From contig JAAZLO010000050.1 of the NCBI GenBank assembly GCA_012689375.1, positions 2,538 to 66,537 of the forward strand: 64,000 bases of DNA, given 5' to 3'. Below the pieces are notes generated by a model that saw only the letters and a list, made by a program, of their open reading frames with translations, had not been told where the DNA came from and did no database searches. This document shows positions 45,870 to 55,457 of the stretch, one piece after another. The stretch's first letter is position 1. Every line of letters begins with the position of its first letter. The DNA is from Bacillota bacterium. Its GTDB lineage: Bacteria > Bacillota > SHA-98 > UBA4971. The position numbers were made by a program, and so were the translations under genes.

Positions 45870-46551
45870 CCTACCATTGCTTACTTCGGTGATAATTCCT
45901 GCATATAACGAAACTGAATTAATAGCTTCCACAATTGAGGCTTCGATAAAATCATCTCCGGGACTATACGAAATAATAGTAATCGATGATTGTTCCTCGG
46001 ACGATACTTTTCAAAAGGCGCAAACTGCCGGTGCTCTTGTTTTTAAAATGCCTAAGAGGGCAGGGAAGGGGGCAGCCCTAATGCAAGGTGTATTATCATG
46101 CAAAGGGGATATCGTCGTATTTTTAGATGCTGATCTGGGTGAAACTGCGACAGAAACCCCAAAGTTAATCAAGCCTGTTATCACCGGGCAAACTGATATG
46201 GCTGTCGCGCGTTTTCCACAGTTTCCTCTGGCACGGCGGAAAGGTCTGGGTCTTGTTAAGCTGGCAGCTTACTATGGGGTATGGCAACTTTGCAAACAAA
46301 GGATGGATTCAATCCTCTCCGGTCAACGGGCTGCGAAGCGTAGCACCTTTCTTAAATTGATGCCTTTCGCACCAGGTTTCGGGGTAGAAGTCGGCCTTAC
46401 TATTGATGCATTACGTAGAGGGTTACGTATCCTTGAAGTCGATTGTAATATGGCACACAGGATAACAGGATGGGATTTTACAGGAGTTTCCCATAGAGCA
46501 CGCCAATTTTATTGGGTTGTCGGCGCTATACTTACCAGGTATGTTAACTGA
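45859..46551 (+). CDS. GT2-family glycosyltransferase (polyprenyl-phosphate sugar transferase-like)
   Basis: GT-A motifs: VIIPAYNE, the IVIDDCSSDDT DxD-like region, and FLDADL. 230 aa, soluble. Overlaps the upstream gene by 11 nt. Confidence 0.7.
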   Translation: MGDSLPLLTSVIIPAYNETELIASTIEASIKSSPGLYEIIVIDDCSSDDTFQKAQTAGALVFKMPKRAGKGAALMQGVLSCKGDIVVFLDADLGETATETPKLIKPVITGQTDMAVARFPQFPLARRKGLGLVKLAAYYGVWQLCKQRMDSILSGQRAAKRSTFLKLMPFAPGFGVEVGLTIDALRRGLRILEVDCNMAHRITGWDFTGVSHRARQFYWVVGAILTRYVN

Positions 46552-47395
46552 ACAATCCCCTTTAATAATAAGTCTGGCTTGCGGAACCATTGCACTTTGC
46601 TTTGCTGCACTTATAAAAATGCCTTGCATAGAACTACTGAAGTCCTCCGGATTAATCCAACGGAATTATGCAGGCAGTATAATCCCGACTTCAACGGGAA
46701 TAATTTTTGCCGTCTCAGTTTTTCCGGCAGCTATGATTACCGTGAAGTTATTCATATTAACCGGGCCGGAATTACAGTTCATTTTCCCATACCTTCTTTT
46801 GGTTTCAGGATCATCTTTTGCAGGGTTAATTGATGATGCTTACGGATTAAACAGTCATAAGGGCTTAATAGGACACTTTAAGGCATCCATGAGCAAACGG
46901 ATGCCTACAACAGGTGTAGTTAAGGCTATGATCATATGGATTATCACTTTAATATCCCTTTATTTATCGGTAAAAGGAAGGCCTGTGTTATTTCTCCTCT
47001 TTGACACCGCTTTAGTGGGACTTTTTGCGAATTTTATGAACCTCCTTGATGTCCGACCAGCCCGTTCGGCAAAGGTTTTTTTTATTATTTTAATATCATT
47101 TTTTGTATATGATTACAAATCATTTGTCGGGTTGGTTCCCGCGGCACTAACCGGTACTATATTGGCAGGACTGAATGATGAATTAAGCGGGGTATCCATG
47201 ATGGGAGATGCAGGGGCGAATCTTTTAGGGGCTGTACTTGGATTTTGGGTTGCAGTTAGTTTCCCGGTCCCTACAAAGATCCTGGCGCTTCTATTCCTTA
47301 TAGGTATTCATATATACACAGAACGATATTCAATTTCAGATATCTTCGATACAAACCCAATCCTTCATTTCCTAGATCAACTTGGGCGGAATTAA
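46517..47395 (+). CDS. Divergent MraY/WecA-family polyprenyl-phosphate phosphosugar transferase-like membrane protein
   Basis: Multi-TM protein with the MraY-like motifs GLIDDAYGL and GDAGANLLGAVLGF. The NxxNxxDGxDGL motif has diverged to NFMNLLDVRP. Overlaps the GT2 gene by 35 nt. Confidence 0.6.
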   Translation: MSALYLPGMLTEQSPLIISLACGTIALCFAALIKMPCIELLKSSGLIQRNYAGSIIPTSTGIIFAVSVFPAAMITVKLFILTGPELQFIFPYLLLVSGSSFAGLIDDAYGLNSHKGLIGHFKASMSKRMPTTGVVKAMIIWIITLISLYLSVKGRPVLFLLFDTALVGLFANFMNLLDVRPARSAKVFFIILISFFVYDYKSFVGLVPAALTGTILAGLNDELSGVSMMGDAGANLLGAVLGFWVAVSFPVPTKILALLFLIGIHIYTERYSISDIFDTNPILHFLDQLGRN

Positions 47396-47461
47396 GCTCT
47401 TCCATAATTTGCAGGGAACTCCTATTCTACAACGAATACCTGTATGAGGAGGTAATCAGTT

Positions 47462-48325
47462 ATGAAATTCGGTGTACACGTAAGTAGGGCAGGCGGCCTT
47501 CACAATGCACTTCGAAATGCAGTTGAGCTCGATTGCAGTACTATCCAAATGTTTGCCGGAAATCCCAGAAGCCTTAGATCGAATCCAATCCAAGAAAATG
47601 AAGCCTTCGATTTCAAGGAAGGGCTTACAAAACATAATATTGAGCCATTGGTCATTCATGCCCCATACCTTCTTAATCTTGCCTCACCTAAAGAAGAGAT
47701 TTATGAATTATCAATACAGGCACTGGCGCGGGAGATTACTGGTTGCATCACACTCAATGCAGACTATCTTGTAATACATCCGGGTAACCATTTAGGTTCA
47801 GGTATAGATGCGGGTATTGCCAGGATTGCCCAGGCAATTGAAAACGCCGCTTATATAGCGGGGCTAAAACACAGTAATGAACCATTAATCCTCCTTGAGA
47901 CTGTATCAGGTGCAGGGACTGAAATCGGTTGGGCGTTCCAACACCAAAGGGATATAATGGCTGCTACAGATCGGGTGTCCCTTGGGGTTTGCCTTGATAC
48001 TTGCCATATGTTTGCAGCCGGATATGATATAGTAACCGAAGAAGGGCTTGCCGGGACCTTAGAGGAACTAGATAGATTGTTGGGAGTATCCTGTGTGAAA
48101 ATTATTCATGCAAATGATTCAGTGGGGGTTTTGGGATCCCGCATTGATCGTCATGCAGACATAGGCTTCGGCGAAATTGGGGAAAAGGGGTTTCGTGTTA
48201 TTTTCGGTGATTCCCGGCTTCGCTCAATTCCGTTTATCCTAGAAACACCGAAGAAAACTATTGAGGATGACAGGCGAAACCTGGCTGTGATCAAGCGTCT
48301 TGCTGAAGAGGCGGTGGTAAAGTAA
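47462..48325 (+). CDS. nfo: Endonuclease IV (Nfo)
   Basis: MKFGVHVS N-terminus, TIM-barrel AP endonuclease metal-binding motifs, 287 aa. Confidence 0.9.
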   Translation: MKFGVHVSRAGGLHNALRNAVELDCSTIQMFAGNPRSLRSNPIQENEAFDFKEGLTKHNIEPLVIHAPYLLNLASPKEEIYELSIQALAREITGCITLNADYLVIHPGNHLGSGIDAGIARIAQAIENAAYIAGLKHSNEPLILLETVSGAGTEIGWAFQHQRDIMAATDRVSLGVCLDTCHMFAAGYDIVTEEGLAGTLEELDRLLGVSCVKIIHANDSVGVLGSRIDRHADIGFGEIGEKGFRVIFGDSRLRSIPFILETPKKTIEDDRRNLAVIKRLAEEAVVK

Positions 48326-50497
48326 TTGGAAGAGCCTGATCTGGATCAAATTCGAAATAAAATCCAAGAGGTGTTTGGTACCGGGGGTATTTTGGCAAAG
48401 ACATTTCCGGGGTATGAATTCCGGGAGACTCAACAGGAAATGGCCCTTGGTGTATTACGTAGTTTTTCAACATCACGTCATGCCTTAATAGAAAGCGGTA
48501 CAGGCACAGGCAAGTCCATTGCTTATCTCGTCCCCGCCATTCTATGGGCTTTTAGCACCGGTAATAGGGTGGTTGTATCCACCGATACCATTAACCTTCA
48601 AGAACAGCTTATCCATAAGGACCTCCCTCTTCTTGCAGACTGTCTTGGGGTGAAATTCCGGTATTCCCTGGTTAAGGGACGATCGAATTATGTTTGCCGC
48701 AGAAAGTTGACAATTATTCTGCATGAAATAGAAGACAGGGAAAACGATGGGCTGAGGGCCGATTTTATTGAGTTTGTAAGCTGCCTAGATGATACCCCGA
48801 CAGGTTCCAGATCTGATTTTCGTAAGGAAGTACCGAATAAAATCTGGGATTTAATTTCATCTGATTCCATGTCTTGCCTCAGATCCCGATGCCCGTGGAG
48901 TAGAGAATGTTATTTTTTAAAGGCCAGATCAGACATGGAGGATTCAAATATATTAGTCATAAATCACCACCTTCTATTTTCGGATCTTGCCCTAAAGATT
49001 ACAGCTCCTGATAACCTCGGCAGTAGGGTTCTTCCGGATTATGAGTATCTCGTTTTAGATGAAGCGCATAACATTCCTGGAGTAGCAGAGGATTATTTAG
49101 GATACAAAACAAATTTGTTGAATGTAGAAAGGGCTCATAAAGATTTAATTCAAATCGGTGGCCCGAAATTCAGGAAATTAGGTTTACTGTTTAATCTGAG
49201 AAATATGATCTTTGCAGCCCAACCTGAAATGGATAATGATTTTGCAAAAAAGGTGATATCTGATATTGATTCTACGGTGGAATCAGCTCAGAGAAGTCAC
49301 GAAGCCTTTACTTCTTTTTTTCAATCCCTATATATGTTTTTAATGCAAATTCCATCACAGTATTACAGACGGAACAATACTGTCAGACTAAGGGAGGAAA
49401 TCATAGAATTACCTGAGTGGCAGGAATGGATTACCCCGAGTGCTGAAAAATCAATTATTCGGGGAAAGGAATTAATTAATGGCCTCCATAGTATCTTGGG
49501 AAACATCAGCTTTATTGAGGGAGACTTTGCACAGAATTTTAAGTCTCTGGGAGGGGATATCCAAGGTATCACAGGAAGGATAAGCGCGGAAATTCATGCC
49601 CTTGATTTTATAATATCCATGGAACAAAAGGAATTTGTGTATTGGACTACAGGTTGTTCCGTTGATACCCAACTTATGGCAACCCCGCTTGACGTAGCCC
49701 CTTTTTTACGTAAATATTTATTTGAGAGTGCAGAGTCTGTGATTCTCACTTCGGCAACAATGACCGTGGGAGAATGTTTTCAATTTTTTAAAGGCCAAAT
49801 CGGCCTTAGTGAACAACTTGATCCCCCTTTGGAGTTTATTTTCGAATCACCTTTTGATTTTCCGAACCAAGTTTTACTTTTAATCCCAGAGGACCTACCT
49901 GATCCTAGGGATCCATTGTTTATAGAGGAGGCTTCAAAACTTATTTCCAGAAGCATCCTAACATTAAAGGGGCGCGTATTTATACTTTTTACATCTTACA
50001 ATATGCTGGATCGGATTGAAGAGAGAATTCGATCTTCTGTGGAACAATCAGGTATTAAAATATTTAAGCAGGGCACTATGCCCCGCCATCGTATGCTCAC
50101 CTGTTTCCGTGAAGAACCCGGCGTGCTCCTTGGGGCTGATAGTTTCTGGCAAGGAGTGGATGTCCCGGGGGATGCACTTTCATGCGTGATTCTTATGAGG
50201 CTTCCCTTTGATGTTCCTACGAATCCTGTGTACGAAGCAAGGATGGAAGCCTTTAGGATGAAAAATATTGACGGTTTCCGCTCTTACGCCCTCCCATCTG
50301 CAGTAATAAGATTCCGACAAGGCTTTGGCCGTCTGATTAGAAGTAGTGAAGATCGGGGTGTCGTATTGGTTTTAGATAATAGACTGATAGGAAAATGGTA
50401 TGGCAAAGCCTTTATAAGGTCACTCCCGAAGGTTAGCTTATCTGTGCAAAGCTGCGATTCGATACCTGAATCAATGCTTAAATATATGCTATCATAA
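48326..50497 (+). CDS. DinG/Rad3-family ATP-dependent DNA helicase (no exonuclease domain)
   Basis: Walker A GTGTGKS and DEAH box (LDEAHN). An Fe-S cluster Cys insert (C..C...C) lies between the motifs. 723 aa. Confidence 0.8.
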   Translation: MEEPDLDQIRNKIQEVFGTGGILAKTFPGYEFRETQQEMALGVLRSFSTSRHALIESGTGTGKSIAYLVPAILWAFSTGNRVVVSTDTINLQEQLIHKDLPLLADCLGVKFRYSLVKGRSNYVCRRKLTIILHEIEDRENDGLRADFIEFVSCLDDTPTGSRSDFRKEVPNKIWDLISSDSMSCLRSRCPWSRECYFLKARSDMEDSNILVINHHLLFSDLALKITAPDNLGSRVLPDYEYLVLDEAHNIPGVAEDYLGYKTNLLNVERAHKDLIQIGGPKFRKLGLLFNLRNMIFAAQPEMDNDFAKKVISDIDSTVESAQRSHEAFTSFFQSLYMFLMQIPSQYYRRNNTVRLREEIIELPEWQEWITPSAEKSIIRGKELINGLHSILGNISFIEGDFAQNFKSLGGDIQGITGRISAEIHALDFIISMEQKEFVYWTTGCSVDTQLMATPLDVAPFLRKYLFESAESVILTSATMTVGECFQFFKGQIGLSEQLDPPLEFIFESPFDFPNQVLLLIPEDLPDPRDPLFIEEASKLISRSILTLKGRVFILFTSYNMLDRIEERIRSSVEQSGIKIFKQGTMPRHRMLTCFREEPGVLLGADSFWQGVDVPGDALSCVILMRLPFDVPTNPVYEARMEAFRMKNIDGFRSYALPSAVIRFRQGFGRLIRSSEDRGVVLVLDNRLIGKWYGKAFIRSLPKVSLSVQSCDSIPESMLKYMLS

Positions 50498-50517
50498 TAA
50501 GCGAGAATAATTTTCCA

Positions 50518-52920
50518 TTGCATACGGAGGTGAACGAGACATTGATTAAACAGGATAAGTACAGGCTTGCTGCTGAGCAACTTGCGGAACTATGTGACGA
50601 GGGGCTGTTTCAGTTCTCCACAACTAGAGAATTGCCCCCTCTTGAGGGAATTATAGGCCAGGAGCGTGCTGTTAAAGCAATGACTTTTGGGCTCAATGTA
50701 AGGAATAAGGGCTATAATATTTACATGTCAGGCGCCGCCGGTACCGGCAAAACAAGTTATGCCCGCACCCTTATATCATCACTTGCTGCTAAGGAGCAGG
50801 TACCTGATGATTGGTGTTACGTATATGATTTTAATAAACCGGAAGAACCCAAAGCATTAAATCTCCCTGCCGGTATAGGTAGTCGGTTCGTCAAGGATAT
50901 GGAACGTTTTATTGAAGATTGCCGGAATAATATTTCCAAATCCCTCCAAAGCGAAGATTTTGAAAAACAAAGATCTGCCATAGTAGAACATTATCAAATA
51001 GAGAGCGGCCATATTCTGAAGACATTAGAGCAGTATTCAATGAACCATGGGTTTACATTGCGTAAAACAGGTAAAGGCGTCGTCACAGTGCCCTTAATAG
51101 ACGGCCAGCCTATAGATTTACCAAAGTTTGAACAGCTGGATCCTGAAGAAAAAAAGAAGATTGAAGAAAAATCACGAATGGTTAAACAAGAAATAGAAGA
51201 TACAATGCGCCGGATCCAACAACTGGAGGCAGAAGCACAAGACCAGGTATCACGCCTTGAAAAGGATATAGCCTTATCTGTTTTAAAACCAAGTATTGAA
51301 AATATAAAATCAGGTTATAAGGATTTCACTAAAGTCCTAAGCCATCTTGAGGAAGTCCGGGAGGATATCATACAAAATCTTGATAAATTCAGTGGTAAGG
51401 AAGAAAAGGGGAGCCCGGTTTCGCTCCCGTTCTTAAAAAGTGATACTGAGAGCTTTTTCTCACGCTATAAAATAAACCTTATTGTTGATAATATGGAATT
51501 AAAGGGTGCCCCAGTTGTTTTTGAGGCCAATCCGACGTACTATAACGTTTTTGGGAAGATAGAGGGAAAGGCTCAGTTAGGTGCCGTTACTACCGATTTC
51601 ACTATGATAAAGGGTGGTGCAATTCATCGCGCAAACGGAGGTTACCTTGTAATTCAGGCAGCTGACTTACTCAAGGATTATTGGGCCTGGGATGCTTTGA
51701 AACGTACAATGGAAAACGGTGAGGCGCGAATTGAAAATATCGGCGAAGATTACCGTACAGTTCCAATAACAATGATGAAACCAGAACCTATACCGATTAA
51801 AACGAAGATTATTATGATAGGCAGCCCTTACATATATCAATTGCTTTACTCCCATGATGAGGGTTTCCGGAAATTATTTAAGATACGTGCAGATTTCGAT
51901 ATAGTTATGGCAAGAAACAGTGCTAATATTAAAAAATATGCAACCTTCATCTGTAATCTATGCTCTAAAGAAGGACTGGCCCATTTTTCCCCGGAGGCCG
52001 TTGCCCGGGTTGTAGATTATAGTTCGCGCATAGCGGGAGATAAAAAGAAACTTTCAACCAGATTTAACGAAATAGTAGAAGTATTGTACGAATCAAGTGC
52101 ATGGTCACAAATAGCGGGGAGTTCTACGGTAGAAGGAAACCATGTCGAAAAGGCGATTAAGGAAAAAATCTTCCGTTCGAATCAGCCTGAAGAGCGTCTA
52201 CAGGAAATGATGGAACGCGGGGATATATTAGTTGATACTGAAGGAGAGGTCATCGGTCAGATAAACGGGCTTTCCGTGTACGGAACCGGAGACTATTCCT
52301 TTGGTCGGCCCTCACGAATAACAGCCCAAGTTTATCTAGGCAAAGAAGGCGTTATAAATATTGAACGTGAAGCAAAACTCAGCGGTAGTATACATGATAA
52401 AGGCGTCTTAATTCTGTCAGGGTTTTTAGGTGGAAAATATGCTAAGGATAAACCCTTAACCCTTTCAGCAAGTCTTGCATTCGAGCAAAGTTATGGTGGG
52501 ATTGACGGAGACAGTGCCTCATGCGCAGAGCTGGTGGCACTTTTATCTTCAATATCCGGTATTCCTATAAAACAAAATCTGGCAATTACAGGTTCTGTTA
52601 ACCAAAAAGGACAAATTCAACCCATTGGCGGGGTTAACCAAAAAATAGAAGGCTTTTTTAAAATCTGTAAAACAAACGGCCTTGATGGCAGCCACGGGGT
52701 GGTAATTCCCATACAAAACATTGACAACCTTATGCTTGACAGTGAAGTCATAGATTCTGTACGGCAGGGTAAATTTAATGTCTATGCAATAGAAACGGTG
52801 GATGAGGCAATTGAACTTATGACTGGGTTCCCTGCGGATGAGATCCATAACAGAGTTGAAGCCAGGTTAAAAAAGATAAGCGAAGAAGCAAGAAAGTACA
52901 ATTTAAAAGGTGTCAGCTGA
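50518..52920 (+). CDS. Lon-like protease, COG1067/LonC-type (degenerate AAA module plus S16 protease domain)
   Basis: Walker A GAAGTGKTS, but Walker B lacks DE (YLVIQAADLL). A long coiled-coil insert is present. The C-terminal S16 domain has the Ser-Lys dyad context (GDSAS...K). Confidence 0.75.
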   Translation: MHTEVNETLIKQDKYRLAAEQLAELCDEGLFQFSTTRELPPLEGIIGQERAVKAMTFGLNVRNKGYNIYMSGAAGTGKTSYARTLISSLAAKEQVPDDWCYVYDFNKPEEPKALNLPAGIGSRFVKDMERFIEDCRNNISKSLQSEDFEKQRSAIVEHYQIESGHILKTLEQYSMNHGFTLRKTGKGVVTVPLIDGQPIDLPKFEQLDPEEKKKIEEKSRMVKQEIEDTMRRIQQLEAEAQDQVSRLEKDIALSVLKPSIENIKSGYKDFTKVLSHLEEVREDIIQNLDKFSGKEEKGSPVSLPFLKSDTESFFSRYKINLIVDNMELKGAPVVFEANPTYYNVFGKIEGKAQLGAVTTDFTMIKGGAIHRANGGYLVIQAADLLKDYWAWDALKRTMENGEARIENIGEDYRTVPITMMKPEPIPIKTKIIMIGSPYIYQLLYSHDEGFRKLFKIRADFDIVMARNSANIKKYATFICNLCSKEGLAHFSPEAVARVVDYSSRIAGDKKKLSTRFNEIVEVLYESSAWSQIAGSSTVEGNHVEKAIKEKIFRSNQPEERLQEMMERGDILVDTEGEVIGQINGLSVYGTGDYSFGRPSRITAQVYLGKEGVINIEREAKLSGSIHDKGVLILSGFLGGKYAKDKPLTLSASLAFEQSYGGIDGDSASCAELVALLSSISGIPIKQNLAITGSVNQKGQIQPIGGVNQKIEGFFKICKTNGLDGSHGVVIPIQNIDNLMLDSEVIDSVRQGKFNVYAIETVDEAIELMTGFPADEIHNRVEARLKKISEEARKYNLKGVS

Positions 52921-53014
52921 TGATAGGGATCATCATATATTACCTATATTAGCAGCATGTTCCTGTTGTCCTTTTAGGATTTGCATGCTATAATCCGCCC
53001 ATGAGTTCGCCTTT

Positions 53015-53043
53015 CTGAAATTATGTATATTTTTCTAATACTA
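53015..53043 (+). promoter_or_regulatory. SigA-like promoter upstream of the sleB/cwlJ-like gene
   Basis: TTGTCC, 17-nt spacer, TATAAT. Confidence 0.35.
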
Positions 53044-53060
53044 ATAAAGGAGGCGAAGCC

Positions 53061-53519
53061 ATGAGGCGTCGGAAAATTCGTTTAATTTTTCTAAGTTGTA
53101 TTTTATCCTTATTTATAGCATTATCCTTTAGTTCTTTGGGTAGGGAGGAATACCTGTCGTGTGCCGGGCAATCTGATTATGAACTTCTTGCCCGAGTAAT
53201 TTCAGGTGAAGCCAGGGGCGAGCCTTATCTTGGGAAAGTTGCAGTTGGCGCTGTAGTTATGAACAGGGTTTATAGTCACCAGTTTCCTGCCACTGTTTCA
53301 GGTGTAATTTTTCAGGACTGGGCATTTACTTCAGTATATGACGGCCAGATAAATCATATACCTGATGCGGATTCCTACCGTGCTGCCCAAGAAGCTATGT
53401 CAGGTGTGGATCCCACATATGGTGCACTGTATTTTTATAATCCCGCCCGTACCACATCCCACTGGATTTTCACAAGACCCATAACGACTGTTATCGGTCG
53501 CCATTATTTTGCAAAATAA
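53061..53519 (+). CDS. SleB/CwlJ-family spore cortex-lytic cell wall hydrolase
   Basis: Hydrolase_2 family sequence (VISGEARGEPYLGKVAVGAVVMNRV....AFTS....). N-terminal signal or TM. RBS AAAGGAGG. Confidence 0.75.
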   Translation: MRRRKIRLIFLSCILSLFIALSFSSLGREEYLSCAGQSDYELLARVISGEARGEPYLGKVAVGAVVMNRVYSHQFPATVSGVIFQDWAFTSVYDGQINHIPDADSYRAAQEAMSGVDPTYGALYFYNPARTTSHWIFTRPITTVIGRHYFAK

Positions 53520-53550
53520 CCAGGCAACATCTGCCTGGTTGTTTTTTGTT
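53520..53550 (+). terminator. Rho-independent terminator
   Basis: CCAGGCA-acatc-TGCCTGG hairpin followed by TTGTTTTTTGTTGTT. Confidence 0.7.
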
Positions 53551-53622
53551 GTTACCTGCATGACAATATAAGAATTTGCATAAGTATTACAGAAAATGTT
53601 CTCCATAGGGAGGACCAATGTA

Positions 53623-54441
53623 ATGCTGATAGTTGTAGTTCGAAATTGGGGCAGGCTTATCTTTATACTTGTACTGTTGATAATAATTATCGATGTTTTC
53701 CAAATAGGCTTACTTACTACAGCAAAAGTAGTAATTGCCACTGTGTCGGGTAGGCTTGTACCAGTGTATTTTGTATCCACACATGAAAATAAAGTCAGTT
53801 TCACTTTCGAAGGTGCATCAGGCAATGATATGACCGGGGAAATTTTGAAGGTATTGGAGGATCATAGCATTACAGCAACCTTTTTTTTGTCCGGTGAATG
53901 GATAGATAAGCATAAAGATTCGGTGGATAGGATCGTTGCCGGCGGACATGATCTAGGTAATTATACTTATTCGGTTCCCCATCCCAATTCTCTAACAGAA
54001 GGCCGATTAAAACAAGAACTTGAAAAAGCCCATAAATGCATTAAAAAGATTACGGGCCGGCTGCCCGAAGTCTTTAGGCCCCCCTATGGTGAATATAGCA
54101 ATAAAGTAATAGAGGTCTCAAGGGAGCTTGGTTATGAAACAGTGGTTTGGAGTATAGATTCGCTGGATTGGCGGGGGATATCCCCGGATCGTATGAATAA
54201 GAGGATTTTGGAAAAGCTCCATAAAGGTGCAATCATAAGGTTTCATATAACAGAGGTGAATACCCCAAATGCTTTATCACAAATAATTGAAAACATTAAA
54301 AAACAGGGGTATAAAATAGTCCCGTTAACTGAACTTTTGCTTGAGGGTAATCATTATATACACCCTCATACTGGTGAGATGAGACCAATACGGATGCCAT
54401 CAACAGGCCTAAATAAGGAGGGTCTTTCAGATGAAGCGTAA
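53623..54441 (+). CDS. Polysaccharide deacetylase (NodB-fold; PdaA-like sporulation deacetylase)
   Basis: NodB motifs (TFDG-like TFEGASGND, and H..H). N-terminal TM. ATG 53623 has RBS AGGGAGGA. The ORF track starts at 53596. Confidence 0.75.
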   Translation: MLIVVVRNWGRLIFILVLLIIIIDVFQIGLLTTAKVVIATVSGRLVPVYFVSTHENKVSFTFEGASGNDMTGEILKVLEDHSITATFFLSGEWIDKHKDSVDRIVAGGHDLGNYTYSVPHPNSLTEGRLKQELEKAHKCIKKITGRLPEVFRPPYGEYSNKVIEVSRELGYETVVWSIDSLDWRGISPDRMNKRILEKLHKGAIIRFHITEVNTPNALSQIIENIKKQGYKIVPLTELLLEGNHYIHPHTGEMRPIRMPSTGLNKEGLSDEA

Positions 54442-55453
54442 GGACAAAGTGGCCCCGAAACGTAAAGGTCGCCTTACCACAATTATAATTACAAGAAATA
54501 TGACGCTTCTGATTGCGTTTTCCGTTCTCGTTTTTGTATTCACGGCAGTAATTATTTCATCTTTTGGTGATATTAAAAGAATGGTTTATGGGGTGAAACC
54601 AGGAGTTACCCTGGAGGCACGGGTACTTTCGGGATACTTGCCTTTAGAAGTAAGGCGGATTATAGAGGCTATGGCAGATCAGGAACGAACAGCACCAAAG
54701 GATGCCATGATTTTTAAAGAAACAGGTGAATTAATTCCGGAATCATTAGGGCTGGATATTGATATTGACTCCACGGTAAATCAAGTCATGAAAGCAAAGC
54801 CAGGAGAAAATATAAAGCTGGTGAGGACTGTAATTGCTCCGGCAGTAACCACTCTTCATTTTGATCCTGTTTATCGTGTTAATACAGGTATGCCATTTAT
54901 GGCTTTTGCAATCAATGTCGCTTGGGGTGAAGAATATCTTCCCCGTTTGCTTGAGATATTGAGGGAGCAAAATATGAAAGTCACCTTTTTCATTGATGGT
55001 ACATGGGCCCAAAAATACCCTGATGTATTGAAACTTCTTGATGAAGAAGGACATGAGCTGGCGAGTCACGGTTATGAACATGTACACATAGAAAATCTGA
55101 ATGAATCAGCAATAAAGCAGCTTATTTCAGACAATGAAAGGCTCCTTCTTAATCTAGGGGTAAGGCCGAGCAAACTCTTTGCTCCCCCTTACGGTGAATG
55201 CAATAATACAGTGATTGCGGCAGCTGCCTCACTTGGATATACGACTGTAATGTGGACCATTGATACACTTGATTGGAATATCAAGGATTCAGAGAAAATC
55301 CTGGGGAGGATTGTACCTAAAATTACATCAGGCGCAATTATTTTAGCTCATCCAACCGAAATATTCCTTGAGGTGCTACCAAGAATTGTAGATGCCTCAA
55401 GGCATTCAGGGTATCAATTTCTTACTGTATCAGAGTTAATTAAAACTGAATAG
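54431..55453 (+). CDS. Polysaccharide deacetylase with N-terminal TM and extra domain (YlxY-like sporulation deacetylase)
   Basis: The C-terminal NodB domain is FIDGTW...HGYEH. The N-terminal ~150 aa comprise a TM plus a domain of unknown function. Overlaps the upstream gene by 11 nt. Confidence 0.7.
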   Translation: MKRKDKVAPKRKGRLTTIIITRNMTLLIAFSVLVFVFTAVIISSFGDIKRMVYGVKPGVTLEARVLSGYLPLEVRRIIEAMADQERTAPKDAMIFKETGELIPESLGLDIDIDSTVNQVMKAKPGENIKLVRTVIAPAVTTLHFDPVYRVNTGMPFMAFAINVAWGEEYLPRLLEILREQNMKVTFFIDGTWAQKYPDVLKLLDEEGHELASHGYEHVHIENLNESAIKQLISDNERLLLNLGVRPSKLFAPPYGECNNTVIAAAASLGYTTVMWTIDTLDWNIKDSEKILGRIVPKITSGAIILAHPTEIFLEVLPRIVDASRHSGYQFLTVSELIKTE

Positions 55454-55457
55454 AATA

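Noticed and set aside
50518-52920. Lon-like protease as BREX BrxL (phage defense)
   Set aside because: No pglZ, pglX, brxA, brxB or brxC-like genes anywhere in the window. The flanking genes are housekeeping (nfo, a DinG-like helicase, spore cortex enzymes). The architecture fits the widespread LonC/COG1067 group better.
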